From assembly GCA_004022145.1 (NCBI GenBank), contig RCNU01000003.1: DNA of 64,000 bases, one strand, 5' to 3'. The notes under the pieces were generated by a model, which had not been told where the DNA came from, ran no database searches, and was given only the letters and a program-made list of their open reading frames with translations. Source of the DNA: Paecilomyces variotii (taxonomy: Eukaryota). Of this stretch, positions 51,535 through 64,000 are shown piece by piece. Each line of letters opens with the position of its first letter. Within the stretch, counting starts at the first letter, position 1. A program made the position numbers and the translations under genes.

Positions 51535-53808
51535 TGACGCGACAGACTGAGCGCTCGAACGATCACTCGATTCCGCGAGACCACTCCTGCACGTCTTCGA
51601 GCTTAGAAAACTAGGCTTTGGGCCAACCCAGAGTATATTCGCTCTACCTGGCTACTGTCACCGTAGCATACACGGCCACAGCGCAACCGGCGCGTGTCTA
51701 TCGGTCCGTAGCTGATTGCGTGTATATATAATTTCAAGCAAACGCTTTCCCGGGCAATCGACCAGCAATGAGTCACGTTGTGGTGATATTCGTGATATTC
51801 CACTGTCAGACCCAGCCGCAGGATTCGGTCAACGCCTCGATGACGATGGTCGTTGTGTACTGCTTTGTGGGCCCCTGAAATGAGCTGGGTACGACCAGAC
51901 ACCTGTCGCAGCCTATTCCAGACACCAGTTCATACGAGTCTCGGTTCGCAGGAAACGACGAGTCGTGGCAAAGGCGCGCTGGACAACGGCGACGGTCAAC
52001 CGGGAACGAGTACGAATTTGCTCGACCGGGGGGAGTGAGAAAGTCTGGTACTAGGGAAAGGGGGAAGGCAGAGCAACGAAAATGAGCCTTCTTGAGCTTA
52101 TTTGCACTTGATCAAGATGCTCTGCCTTACAGCAAGTCCAGCGTCGGTCGGGGGAGAGAATATCTCGATGTCGGCGCTCTTTTTCTCGACGTTTCGTGCC
52201 TTGGATCGCGACTGCTCGCGGGAGACGGGCGGGCGAAAAAGAATGTCACGTGCCACTCGGCCCTAGGCGGGATTGGGAGCACCTGCCATTCTTGGCGATG
52301 ACATAATGGTGCAGAAATGGCCTTTTCTGTCTACGACGTTGCGGATGGAATCGATATCCGCCTTTCCTCTCGAGTGGCGATATTGTTGTGTCCGATGCAT
52401 TCTGAGCTCAGATGGAAGGTGGACAAGCGTGGAGACTAGAGATTCATTGTGTAAAGTACACACATCGCGCTGTTGCTGCAGCAGCAGAACTCTTCAGAGC
52501 GGGAACTAGTTTAATTAATCATGACGTCTAGGAGTCGATCCAACCGAGCTGGGACCAGGAGTTCATTCGATTTTCATGGAAAATCCGGGGTCGAGTCGAC
52601 TAGTTGATATATGATTTATCGTTGCGTCCACAAAGAAGCGAACATGTCAGCAAGCCCTGGCACTTTGTTCCGCGCCACGTGGAACATCCCTGCTTGGATT
52701 TAGAACTCGAGACGGACGGGTAAATGATTAAATCCAAGATCAAAGGTAAGAGATTTGGCAGTCCAACTGGAGGTGGATCCTGTGATTACGAGCCTTCGTC
52801 TGATCGATACTGCGGTAACTGTTCCGAGGAGATATCACTTGGGCTAGCACCATTGGCACTATATTCATATCGAGCTCATTCTTCAAACGTGTTGAGACAA
52901 TAGTGTTAGCCGTTCAGTTGAATACCGTATGATTAGACTGAAGATATAATACCAGGTGCTATCCCTTTATAATGTTTCGCACTCTCCTCTAGGGAGCTAG
53001 TTTTCGTCCACAACTGGCCCCTCGTTTGCAAAATTGTTCTGGTGAAGAGGAGACCGTTGAGAAGAAGCGAGCTGGTTTCTACCAGCCTGCTGACTGTAAC
53101 CGGGGTTCGAAACTGCCTCCTGGACGGTAATCCCTAGTATAGTATAAATCTAATAAGGACTCGTGTGTCTATCTCAATAATCTCGAAAACAACAACATCA
53201 TTGACCATAAGGAGAAACTTTATCGCCCTCCAGCGCAGGAGATATATATATATATATATCACGGTGTCGACAAGATTCAAGTTAGATAAGAAGCGGGACG
53301 GTCCGCAGATCGCACAGAATTTAATCTGTCAGCAACGGAGCGTAAACCGTCGAGAAAGATATTACCAGGAAAGAAAAGGACTCTAATCAACCAAAATTCA
53401 CCAAGCTTGTACCAAATCTCTTATAGGATCCATAGGCGCGAGTTCAACGCATCCAGTTCCTGCAACATAATCTGAATAGTTTACCCTTAAGCTCGGAATA
53501 GGTAGCCATTAGGCTTCGAAGGCAAAAAGACCAACCCCATCTGCTCTATGCGAGGGACTACGGTATAGAGCTATTGCGATACGGTCGATTTTATACATCC
53601 TAAATGACAGTCCCGGAATTTACAAGACTAGAAACCTGGAACGAGATCGCAGATATAAAACCCGGCTACCGTCTTGTATGGGTCAATATGAAGACAATTT
53701 AGGTATGACATACATATACGCCCGATATGAGCAATCAATGTATAGAGTAAAAGACCATAAAAAACACGCCACCACTGCCAGGAATAGCAGTAGACAAAAC
53801 GAAACTAC

Positions 53809-54012
53809 AAAAAGCTCACACCTCCACCTCTCCTTTATCTCAGAGAGCCGTGAAGGTGCTACGAAAACAACCCGCCTCACTTTCGCTTTTGGCAGGAAGA
53901 GTTTATCTTTTTCCCCCTGGTAATCCACTAGGGCTCCAGGGGTTTCGAACGGGGAGCCTTGGGGTATAAGTAGCTAGACCTGGAGTCTAACCACTACACC
54001 ACCTGGGCTCCC
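53809..54012 (-). ncRNA. Candidate Pol III (A/B-box) structured RNA or tRNA-derived SINE-like element, ~200 nt
   Basis: Upstream TATATAA (~54038-54045), A box TGGTGTAGTGG (54001-53991), B box GTTCGAAAC (53950-53942), several hairpins and a T5 terminator (53813-53809). Does not fold into a full cloverleaf. Confidence 0.55.
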
Positions 54013-56374
54013 TGTTGAATATTAAACCTTTGTTGTGTTATATATGTGGCATGGTGAATGGGAGGCGGAAGGGAGTTTCTTTGTAGTCACGTGTGTTTCG
54101 TTGACGAGTCTTATGTATCGAGTAGCCAGATCGATAGCCTGTAGAAGTTGCTTAGAATGACATATACAGTCTTTTATTGGAAAGAAGCGGGGACAGACTT
54201 CTTCCCTCTGTCTACCCAACGGTATAAGGCGGATTGCTCCCTCGCCTATCACTACGATGCGCTCAGGGCAGAATCCCTCGATATTCAACGTCTTATTGGA
54301 GGGTAACTGCGCAGCTTTCGACAGCAGATTTGCATATTGACGTCTCTAGTGTGCGCTCATCGAGTGTGATGGACAGTATCCCAGCACGACGTTCAAAACG
54401 ATTCCAGAAAATGCCATATATACTAGGAGAATCTCAGAGAGGATAATACTACTGGCCATGAGAGCACTTTTCGTGCTGATCTTTCTGTAACTTCAAGCAC
54501 TGAGATTGGGCTAAATATCAGAACTTGACTCTGCCCTTCATCTGACGGCGCCAAATAGCGTGTATGCCCCTGGGATGATATGTACTACACTGCTAACAGA
54601 GAATGAACTTGACTACGGAGAACAGAAACGCTGAGAACGCCGTTCGTTTCATGTTTATACTCCGCAACAAGCCTATGGCTGAAACAAAGTTTCAGAAGCA
54701 GTCCTGTTTAACGGCGACTTGAAACGTATTCGTTCTCTCGAGATAGCGGCTAGATCCGCTAACTACCTGTTTCCTTCCAGAACGCTACACATAACCTGGA
54801 GCTCCTTCAATTTCTTATCTTTCCAGCCTCAACAGAAGATCTGATATGTGGTATAATATACATTGAAAATTGGGAAATGTGAGCCAAGGGACGGCGTGAA
54901 GCACTGCTGGGAAGTTACATACTCTTGGCCTATACAGCGTTGCAACTGTGCCGCTGTCACACTATAACTACAGTATCATCGCTAAAGCCAAGCTAACTGT
55001 GTATTCTCCAGGTGGTACATCGCTCATCCTACTATTATGATTCTGCGTATGCCGCACGAGGAAATATAACGCTCACTTGAAGAACCTAGGCCCGTCTAAC
55101 AACGAGGCATGAAAACTACTCATCTTTGCTTGGCTCTGGCGCTGGCGAGCATCTCATCAAAGTGGCGCCCATTGGAGCCACGGGTGTCCACTAAAGCTAT
55201 AGCAAGTTACATTATTGACCAAGGACTATCAGCTCTCGTGCGCTGATAGGTAGCAGCTCCCGCTCACGCTACGGCTTATACATGCAAGAGTATCTAGAAT
55301 GAATGGACCACATGCAGAATCAACTCTCTTATGACATGGTCATGTTCATTCTGGGAGTACAGGAACGAGGGATGAGTCAGAAATTATGTGGTTCTTTTTT
55401 GCTGATGGATGGACGCGTTGTATACATTCTCTGGCTTCCGTTCTGAGTCGCGTTAACCGATACTTTCAGTCCCGACAAGGAGAACTGCAGAACCCCTGTC
55501 AACTCCAAACGCAACGTCGCAGTCGACTATCCGCGTGCAAACCGACTCGACAAGATTTCCGGGGGAATCATGGTCATCTGTACGCAACAACGTAAGCTGT
55601 CAGTACGACTTTACTCTGTCAGCAAAGCACTATCTCCGCAGAATAGCAGCCGACATGATCACGCCGGGGATCACAGCTTGGGGAGATGCGGGGTAGTTAC
55701 TTGGGAGCCGGTGTTAATTTTCTATCGCACACTGTTTCACGCCGAAAAGGCGACTTAGCCTGGTGAGAAATTCCAGCATTGTTTCAACAAGCTCAGGCAC
55801 CAGATGTCTGTTGGCCGCGTGCTGTTGTCACTCGACACGGGATGGACACCTAGTTTCCCAGATCCTGGTCGTCGAAACTACAGGCCATACGATGGACAAG
55901 CTTCGAGCCACTCCGTTTAGTCTCCCCTTGGTGCATCCTTAATTTCAGCCTAGAACCATATGGCGGCCGTGCCTCCGATCAGACCCTTACTTCCAGCCTC
56001 CACGATCCACCACTGTTCGATTACTGTGACATTCTTGACTGAGGCTAGACCACGGGGGCAATGACACCCTCTCGCCAACCAATCTCGCAATGTCGGGCAC
56101 AGGAGACGCGTCCACAAATGTCGCCTGTCATCAACATGTCGGTTTTTCTCATCCTAGCGGCGGGTCAGAAGGCATTCGTTGCATCGTTCAGTTGGGAGGC
56201 GTGCATTGGACGCCCCCTTTTAGTATAGAGACATCTGACAACAATGGGGCAAATATCACCGAGCGTGGCTTCAAAACGAGGCCAATTCCCGAGTTATAGT
56301 TCTCTGAAACTCTTCCGTATTAACCTACCAAACACTCCTTTCTTTTTTCTACATTATACGGTAGGGCCGTAAAA

Positions 56375-59008
56375 ATGTGTCGTTCATTATTTACTTCCTT
56401 CTTGCTGCTGGCCAGCGCGTCTGCTGCGGCAATACAGTCCAACTGGACAGCGCCGGCCGATGTTTCTACGAAGGTTGCTGCTGATGCTTCATCTTTCTGG
56501 TTAGAAGATATTAAGCATCAGGGACTTGCAGCCTTCAATTCCGATCCTTCTAGCTATGTAGTGTTCCGAAACGTCATGGACTATGGCGCAAAGGGTATCT
56601 ATACACTACTTCTTTTTCTTTACATACGCATCATCACTAACCAGAGATAGGTGACGGCTCCACGGATGACACAGCTGCTATCAATGCTGCCATCAGCGAC
56701 GGTAACCGGAACGGGCCCGATAGTCGCGAGTCCTCCACAACCACCCCAGCAATTGTCTACTTCCCTGCCGGGACATACGTCGTATCTACATCAATCATTG
56801 ATTATTACTTCACTCAGCTCATCGGAAATCCAAACGATCTTCCCGTCATCAAAGCAACGTCGGGCTTTACAGGACTAGGTGTCATCGATGGTGACCAGTA
56901 CCAGAGTGACGGTAACCAGGGCTGGACCTCCACAAATGTATTCTACAGGCAGATCAGGAACCTGATTATCGATCTTACTGATATTCCCGGTACTACGGCG
57001 GCGACTGGCATCCATTGGCCGACGGGTCAAGCGACGAGCATCCAGAATGTGGAAATCCGCCAGAGTGCTGATGCTGGAACGCAGCACCAAGGTATCTTTA
57101 TTGAAAATGGTAAGACAGTCTTCCCTTACAAATAATCCTAAAACTTATCGCTGAATGTTACTGTTTGGGGTAGGCTCCGGAGGTTGGTTGAGCGATGTCA
57201 CCATCACTGGTGGTCTGTATGGAGCCAACATTGGCAATCAACAATATACTATGCGCAACTTGACGATCTCCAATGCTGTGACCGGTATTTCTCAAATCTG
57301 GAACTGGGGCTGGACGTATCAGGGTCTCTCGATTAGCAACTGTACCACAGCCTTTTCCATGAACGCTGGAGGAACCAGTGACCAGGCTGTGGGATCGGTG
57401 AACATCATTGACAGTACCATTAGCGACTGTTCAGTTTTTGTCACAACTGCCTGGACCACAAGTGGCTCGCCCGCCTCCGGAGGTACTCTGATGCTTGAGA
57501 ACATCAACCTGTCGAATACTCCAGTAGCTGTCAACAGCACCAGTGGTACAGTCCTAGAAGGAGGAACCACAACAATTGCCAGCTGGGGAGAAGGCCACAA
57601 ATACACTCCCTCGGGACCGAACACGTTCCAGGGTACTTACTCTGCGCCTACACGGGCGAGTGCTCTTCTGGCGAGTGGCTCATCGGCTTACTACACCAAG
57701 AGCAAGCCTCAGTATGAAGCGTCTCCCACTTCTTCTTTCGTTAGCATCCGAACCGCTGGAGCTAAGGGAGATGGTTCTACTGATGATACTTCTGCTATCA
57801 ACTCCGCACTCACTTCGGCAGCTTCCTCTGGTTCCATTGTCTTCTTTGATCAGGGAACATACAAGGTCACTAACACCATCTACATCCCGCCCGGCTCTCG
57901 CATTGTCGGCGAGTCATATCCTGTGATCATGGCCAGCGGAGATACCTTCTCGGACAAGACCTCCCCTGTAGCCGTAGTCCAGGTTGGCAAGTCTGGTGAT
58001 TCAGGAAGTGTCGAATGGTCCGATATGATCGTCAGTACCGAAGGCTCTGCTGCTGGTGCTGTCCTTATCGAATGGAACCTCAACGCGGACTCGGGATCCG
58101 GAATGTGGGATGTGCATACTCGCATTGGAGGCTTCGCTGGATCCAATTTGCAGGTCGCCCAGTGCCCGACCTCCGCAGCTGAATCTTCGACATGCGAGGC
58201 AGCCTACATGTCGATGCACATCACCAGCGCCGCCCGTAACGCCTACTTGGAAAATGTCTGGCTCTGGACGGCAGATCACGATCTGGATTCTAGCGACAAT
58301 ACCCAAATCTCCGTCTACACGGGCCGTGGACTTCTCATCGAGGGCCAGAATGCTTGGCTGTAAGTGAAAACCTTTTTCTATATAAACCTTTTTATCTTTT
58401 AAAACCTATCGATGCAACGAGTCTCTCTGACAATATATCCCACAGTTACGGCACTGCAGTCGAGCACCACTCTCTTTACCAATACCAATTCTCCGGCGCG
58501 AAAGATATAGTAGCGGGCTTCATCCAGACTGAGACTCCGTAAGTCAGCCCCATTCCCCCCCCAAAAATAAAAGATTATTGTACCAATCTGACCCATGCAC
58601 AGATACTACCAACCCAACCCCGACGCAAAGAGCAGCCCCTACCCAACCAACAGCACAATCAACGACCCAGACTACACCACCATCTGCGCCACCGGCAGTG
58701 GGAACTGCGACGCTCTCGGCCTCCGCGTTCTCAACAGCCAAGACATCACCATCATCGGCGCAGGCCTCTATAGCTTCTTCGACTCTTACTCGACCACATG
58801 CTCCGACCAAGACCAGACTACTAAATGCCAGAGCCTCATCTCCAGCATCGAGGGCGACAGCACTAGTAATCTGTACATCTACTCATTGACCACGGTTGGT
58901 TCCACAGATATGATCGTCACGGATGGTACCGTCGTCGCGACTTATAGTGATAATGTCGATACGTTTGGTAGTACGCTTGCGTACTTCACGTATAGTACTG
59001 GTAGCTAG
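56375..59008 (+). CDS. Secreted GH55 exo-beta-1,3-glucanase
   Basis: Signal peptide. Introns 56595-56650, 57110-57173, 58360-58445 and 58539-58602. Duplicated GAKGDGSTDDT motif, plus FYRQIRN, HWPTGQATS, WLWTADHDLD and IQTETPYYQP. Confidence 0.95.
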
Positions 59009-59768
59009 GCTGAGCTGAGCTGATGTTATCTGTGTGGTATTTCTGTCCGTTTGGACATTTTATGTTTAATTCTTTTGGTTTTTGTATCTTTTTCTTCTTT
59101 TGGTTCACTATCATTTGAGGTTGGTTGGTTGGATGGTTGGATGGATGTATATGTTGAGCAAAATCAAACTCAACCAACCTCGTTTTCTTGTCTATATTCA
59201 CCCAATGGATTTGTATAGTATAGCAGGGAACTATATATTTCTTATCTCTCAACGAGGCGCGTTACGTGAATTGTTACTTAGTAGTAACTAGTTAACTAGC
59301 GTAACTAAGTCACGGATGCTATACACGTACTTCGTGATCGACGAATGACACGCATATGATAGCATTGACGATCTCATAAAACCGATGGAAACAAATTAAT
59401 GGATTGCATGTGGTATCATGATTCATTTATTGCATGCATGGAGCAAGAAATGTATGCATGCAGCAAGAAAAACCCCCAAGACTGATGAGATGGCTCTCAC
59501 TGCACCAAGCCCGGAGTACTATACAAGACCGATATCAAATATATGGTCGCAACCAAAACAGTAAGAGAATAGGAAGGCAAGTCATAAGAATTCATAGCCT
59601 GTAGACCGTCCCTCGTCTTCTCTTTGGATGAACTCAGGAACACGTATTCCTCTCTACCCCTGAAGCTTTTTCTGCCTCCTCTATTCCAACTCCCTCATTT
59701 CACTGAAATCCATTGACCAGCTGAAAAACAGGGGAAGGACAAGACCCCGCAATGATGCGAAATCGCAT

Positions 59769-60369
59769 TTACAACTTGGCCTTGGTCTGGGCCTTCTTGA
59801 GGATGGGCTCCATCTTGGTTGCCTTCATGATGTTGCCCCTGATCTTGAGCTTGCCGCCCATGAAGAGACGCTGAGCGTTGGCCTTGCCGGAGATGAGGGA
59901 GCCGAAGTCCTCGTCGGAGAGAGTGAGGGTGACTGTGCATCAAATATCAGTCGTTAGTTAATCCATTTTCAATGTTCCTTTCAACGCGAATCACAAAACC
60001 GTAAACTCTGCGTTGTATGCGCTGGTATCCGGTGCGATCGACAGATCAACAAGCGGGGTAGTTCTTCACTCACCATCGGCCTTTCCACCAGCGGGAGCGG
60101 AACCCTTGCCAACTTCGCCCGTGTTCTTGAGGTCAATGTACCAGGCCTCTTGCTTGCCCTCGGCATTGGTGAGGTTAAAAGCGAAGACGGCGCCGCCCTT
60201 CTTGACGGCGTCCTTGCGCTCAGCCTCGTCGGACTGGAGCACTGAGTTGATGACGTCGAAAGCGGCGGAGGAAGGGAAAGCGTCTGTCAGATGCGCAGAT
60301 AAGGCGTTAGTCGACGCTGCTGAAAGCTGCTACTGATCTTGAGAAAAACATACCGTTCTTGAGAGACAT
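59769..60369 (-). CDS. SCP2 sterol-carrier / fatty-acid-binding protein with a peroxisomal PTS1
   Basis: Three exons spell MSLKNDAFPSSAAFDVI...WYIDLK.TGEVGKG...DVTLTLSDEDF..L.SGKANAQRLFMGGKLKIRGNIMKA, ending in AKL*. Confidence 0.92.
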
Positions 60370-60592
60370 GGTGAATGCGTGAGTCGTGGACTGGACAGAT
60401 TCCGATGGAGAGGAGAGAGAGATGTGATGTGATGTGATGTGGTTGCTGGTCGAAAGCGGTCAGAACTGCCTACTTATCCCTTTGGTGAGACGATGAGAGT
60501 GAACAAAGCTCAAACAGCAATTAACTAGGTACTGTGTTATATAGCTGGGGTACGATATTCTGGGGTAGAGACGCTTGGAACTAGCACGAGAT

Positions 60593-60683
60593 CCTCGGTG
60601 CGAGAAACAATCGAGTCTTTTATAGATGGAAGGAAAGCGGGAGGAGAGCATGTGAGCATGTGAAAGCTCCGACGGCGCCGAGG
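60593..60683. promoter_or_regulatory. Two FarA/FarB-type CCTCGG elements upstream of the SCP2 gene
   Basis: CCTCGG at 60593-60598 and CCGAGG at 60678-60683, about 225-315 bp upstream of the SCP2 ATG. CCTCGG is the core site of the Aspergillus fatty-acid regulators FarA/FarB. Confidence 0.55.
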
Positions 60684-61203
60684 CTGTAATCCCGACGATC
60701 CGGGGTGAATTTCCTATCTTTTGCTCTCTTCTTCATTCATCTGAATGTACCGACGCCGATGAGATAACTAAACCTTTTAACAATTAGAATGGCCGCCCGC
60801 ATTGGCAGCCACATATTGTATACTTCAACTTCTTAACTAGAATTATTTCTTGTAGGACTCTGAAAATGATTATTTCACTTTGCAAATCTCTTTCCTTTTT
60901 GGTCCCAAATGTTTCTTAAGGTTGCACTTTATCTACATAAATCCATAGCTTAGCACGTCCTTATACCCCGTGGAGGTCACCAGGGACAACAGGCGAATGC
61001 CTGTGCCTAGCTGGACGCTACTGAATCAAGGCCCGTGGCTTTTACTAGTACGCAGAAATCAGAATATGTTTTGTATTTACTTTGCACGATGCATATATTA
61101 GTTCCATACACGTCGCCTTGATCAAGGAAAGAAAGGGTAAAGAGACAGGACTACATTCTTCTTCTTTTTATTTTACTTCATTTCTTTTTCCCTCCTTCGC
61201 TCA

Positions 61204-62640
61204 CTAAAACCTGACCGGATAAACAAGCCTAGGGAAAGTCTCAAAATCCCCAATGGGCCGAGGATGCCGCCAGCTAAGCATCGACGACCGCAAGAACCGC
61301 TTCAACTGATCCGAACCACCCCAGATCAAGTCCCGCTTCTTGGGTCGCGCTCGCGCCATGTTGCTAACATTCGCACGTAGACTGTGAAGACGCTCCTTGC
61401 GTCTCTGTTCCTCTCGGATAACACGCCGTATTTGCTTCTGGTCTACGTCGGTAGGACTCAGTATGATAGGAACTTCCATTGTCTCTTCTTGAGTTTCTTT
61501 CCAGGAATCATTGCCGGAGATGCGTGTCAGTGGTGCTAGCGCGTCGTCCCAGGTGCCACCTCGGAGGAGGACGTCTTCAAAGTCGAATTCGCGGATAGTG
61601 CGTCGGTGATCAATGATAAATGACGAGATCTGCGAGGCATCTAGGATGGCATTCTCTAGTTCCATGTACTGTAGATTGTGCAATATTAGCGGCTTCAAGG
61701 GATACGTGCATCTCTTAGGGCAGGCTTGAGATGATGTTGCTTTGGTAGAAGCCGCGAGACAGGGCTCTGTAGCCAGAGAAAGCGGACAAGGCCCCTTTGC
61801 GCCAATCCAACGGAAGGAGAATCGCTTCACGTTAGGGAAACTCTGTATATAGGAGTGCAGCAATTTCAAATGATCCATCGGCTGACCCTTCGCGTAGGGA
61901 AAGCTATCCATATGTATGACGAGCCTTCGGATCTGCGACCAGCGCTTGCGAGAGGCAGGCGACGCACCAAACCCCATGTTAGGACGGAGATATAAGAGTG
62001 CGCCGGGATGAATGGGTAGAAGTGATAACGTCTGGAGAGACTTGAGCGGCGCCTGCTCGACAGCTACTCGTAGAGAGATCAAAGCGTAGTCCACAACACT
62101 CCGACGGTAGCGGTGGGCAGGGGCTTGTCCCTCGCAGGTAATCTTGAGTTCTTCTAGATTGTACATGACGGTAAACGCATGGATAAACGAAGGGATGTTC
62201 GTAGCCGCATGGAACAGTGGGGGATACTGCTTCACGAGCATGTCTGTCATCTCCCAGCTGCCATATTTGGGTACGCTCAGTCGAGCTATCCCTGTGCGCG
62301 GGGGATGGACTTGTGGTTCATAGACGTAAGTCTGCTCCGCGCCAGTGACTGGGTCCAGCAGCGGTGGCAGGAAAGTCTCCTGGGAATGTGGGATCTTAAA
62401 CGTCAGGGATTTGACATGATGTCCGATCCGTTCGAGCGCAGCCACTCTCGATGGCCGGGTGAGCGTGCTGCTCCGGAACTGGACTTCGATATCTGCAAAG
62501 AGGAACGGAGACGCCTGGATAGCAAAGTCATGACACACCAGGCGTAGTGACCGTAAGACGTCCTTTTCGAGGCAGTCTAAGAACGTCTTGCGCGTGAGAT
62601 CTGTCTGCCAGAACTGAACAAGGGCAGGTGCTGGCGCCAT
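61204..62640 (-). CDS. Hypothetical protein with an N-terminal F-box-like motif and leucine-rich (RNI-like) region
   Basis: Intronless 478-aa ORF with FLDCLEKDVLRSLRLVCHDFA and repeated LxxLxL segments (LEELKIT, LQTLSLL, LQYMELEN). Confidence 0.75.
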   Translation of the reverse strand: MAPAPALVQFWQTDLTRKTFLDCLEKDVLRSLRLVCHDFAIQASPFLFADIEVQFRSSTLTRPSRVAALERIGHHVKSLTFKIPHSQETFLPPLLDPVTGAEQTYVYEPQVHPPRTGIARLSVPKYGSWEMTDMLVKQYPPLFHAATNIPSFIHAFTVMYNLEELKITCEGQAPAHRYRRSVVDYALISLRVAVEQAPLKSLQTLSLLPIHPGALLYLRPNMGFGASPASRKRWSQIRRLVIHMDSFPYAKGQPMDHLKLLHSYIQSFPNVKRFSFRWIGAKGPCPLSLATEPCLAASTKATSSQACPKRCTYPLKPLILHNLQYMELENAILDASQISSFIIDHRRTIREFDFEDVLLRGGTWDDALAPLTRISGNDSWKETQEETMEVPIILSPTDVDQKQIRRVIREEQRRKERLHSLRANVSNMARARPKKRDLIWGGSDQLKRFLRSSMLSWRHPRPIGDFETFPRLVYPVRF

Positions 62641-64000
62641 CGTGACAAGTTCTCATTGCGGCCGAGCACGTGGGATTGATTTGACTCGTGCTGACTTGAG
62701 GCAGAAATGGAACAGTAGATTGCACCAGTAAGAAAGGGTATTCAACAGCGGACAGATGATATATGTACAGGAGCCACAGGACAAGACGTAATAAACGCAC
62801 AAGCTTTACGTTCAATAATGATAGAAAGTAAAAAGTATTTCCTGTACTTTCAATCCAAAAAGAGACGATAATAGTATTATTCATAGCATTCCTTTTGCAC
62901 AGCGGAAGAAACGTGAGGCCACACGCAGGCCATAAATAAACCTACTGTAGTCTGCAGCATGTATTCCAGAACGCTCCGAATAGAGACCGATTTTTCGACT
63001 TCTCAGCCAGTCAAAGATCCTCTTACCTCTTGTGACTCACATTTTAGCTAAAGAAACAAAAGTATTCGCTCGCAGCGGTCGATCTCAGCATCGAGTCCGC
63101 GAGAAACTGTAGACGTGCAGTAGAGCCACACGGGGGCGATCACGGTCGTGACGAGACGGTCCCGACGTGATGAATGGCCAGAGAGCACTCGGGACAAGGC
63201 GAAGATCGAAAAGACGTTGGGAACGTTGAGTCTGCCCCTCATTTTTGGCCGCTATCTGCGAGTATCACTGCGATAGACTAGAGGGGATCCCATGTTTCGA
63301 AACACCCCCCGGATCTTCTTGGCAGCAGATGCAGGTGTCCAGTGTCTGTGGCCGGCGCGTATGTATCGACTTGGCGTGGACGAGCAGATGGCCAGTGGTG
63401 AGTTTGATAGGCTCGACAACTCCGGAGATTTTCGAAGCCATTTAAGACTCTTTTCAGTGCCGCGTCGAGAAAACGCGTACTTATAGACGCGCTCGCGCGT
63501 GTCAGACCGTTCTATCGCGTAACTATACCATAGTACTCTGTACCATAGAACTCTTATTATCGACTTGGGTCAAGTTGCATAATTTATGGAGCAGGAATAA
63601 GCTTGATTATAGTGTTGTCTGCTTGGGTCTGGCAGTGTTATAAATGTGAAGATCTCCGTCTGAAGGGCAGAAGTAACATTGAGATGAGATTGGACGAAAG
63701 CGTGACATGACACGCCTGGTTCTTTGCTTCTAAAGATGTGCCAACGTGCTTTGTTGGGTTGTTTGGATAAACACATAGCATGAAGCAAGTAACATATATA
63801 TATGCACTTAGCTGGACGCTCAATGCAACTTGTAAGTGTGCTATATAGAGATGCCTGAATAGTTAATCAGTATTATGTCTCAAAGGAATAGACATTCCGG
63901 CAACTGCCAACTCCTCCAGCATGTCGCATATAGTGAATCGCCCTATTAACTGTATGCAGAAGAAGAAATTCCTCTGCCCCGGCCATGTATGATTTGAAAT

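Noticed and set aside
53926-54008. Call as a functional tRNA
   Set aside because: The T stem lacks its 3' strand, and neither the anticodon arm nor the acceptor stem closes. Kept as a non-tRNA Pol III candidate instead.
59119-59180. (GGTT/GGAT)n tract with nearby CAACCAACC complement downstream of GH55
   Set aside because: Low-complexity 3'-UTR microsatellite, not telomeric TTAGGG and not an array.
60681-60710. GGCTGTAATCCC resembling an SRP/Alu-domain start
   Set aside because: No downstream S-domain or long-range pairing. It overlaps the SCP2 promoter Far-type site, so a chance match is likely.
1-64000. Transposons, CRISPR arrays, rRNA or secondary-metabolite core genes
   Set aside because: No transposase or RT ORFs, terminal repeats, spaced direct-repeat arrays, rRNA motifs or PKS/NRPS genes were seen.

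Overview
Gene-dense chromosomal DNA of a filamentous ascomycete (short GT-AG introns with CTRAY branch points; gene set and style suggest Eurotiales, which is an inference). It holds about 17 apparently intact protein-coding genes: TFA2 (partial), RIB3, an F-box protein, CHK1, a UbcH10/UBC11-type E2, a concentrative nucleoside transporter divergent from an ADA2/ADGF-type adenosine deaminase, ATG2, a class I methyltransferase, NIT3-like omega-amidase, a SnoaL-like protein, RPL31, NUP2, a GH55 exo-beta-1,3-glucanase, an SCP2 lipid carrier and three hypothetical proteins. Two genes look disabled. The most striking item is a tRNA-Ser(UGA) gene (5833-5983) with a canonical 15-nt anticodon-loop intron plus a second 55-nt insert in the T-stem that has full spliceosomal signals (GTATGT...ACTAAC...AAG); removing it exactly restores the T arm. 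Also found: a clean 80-bp micro-inversion inside an MFS pseudogene that restores the frame when flipped, a ~430-nt strongly structured candidate ncRNA (26003-26447), and a ~200-nt A/B-box (Pol III-type) structured candidate ncRNA with a possibly related element nearby. Exon boundaries and RNA pairings were read by eye and need computational confirmation.
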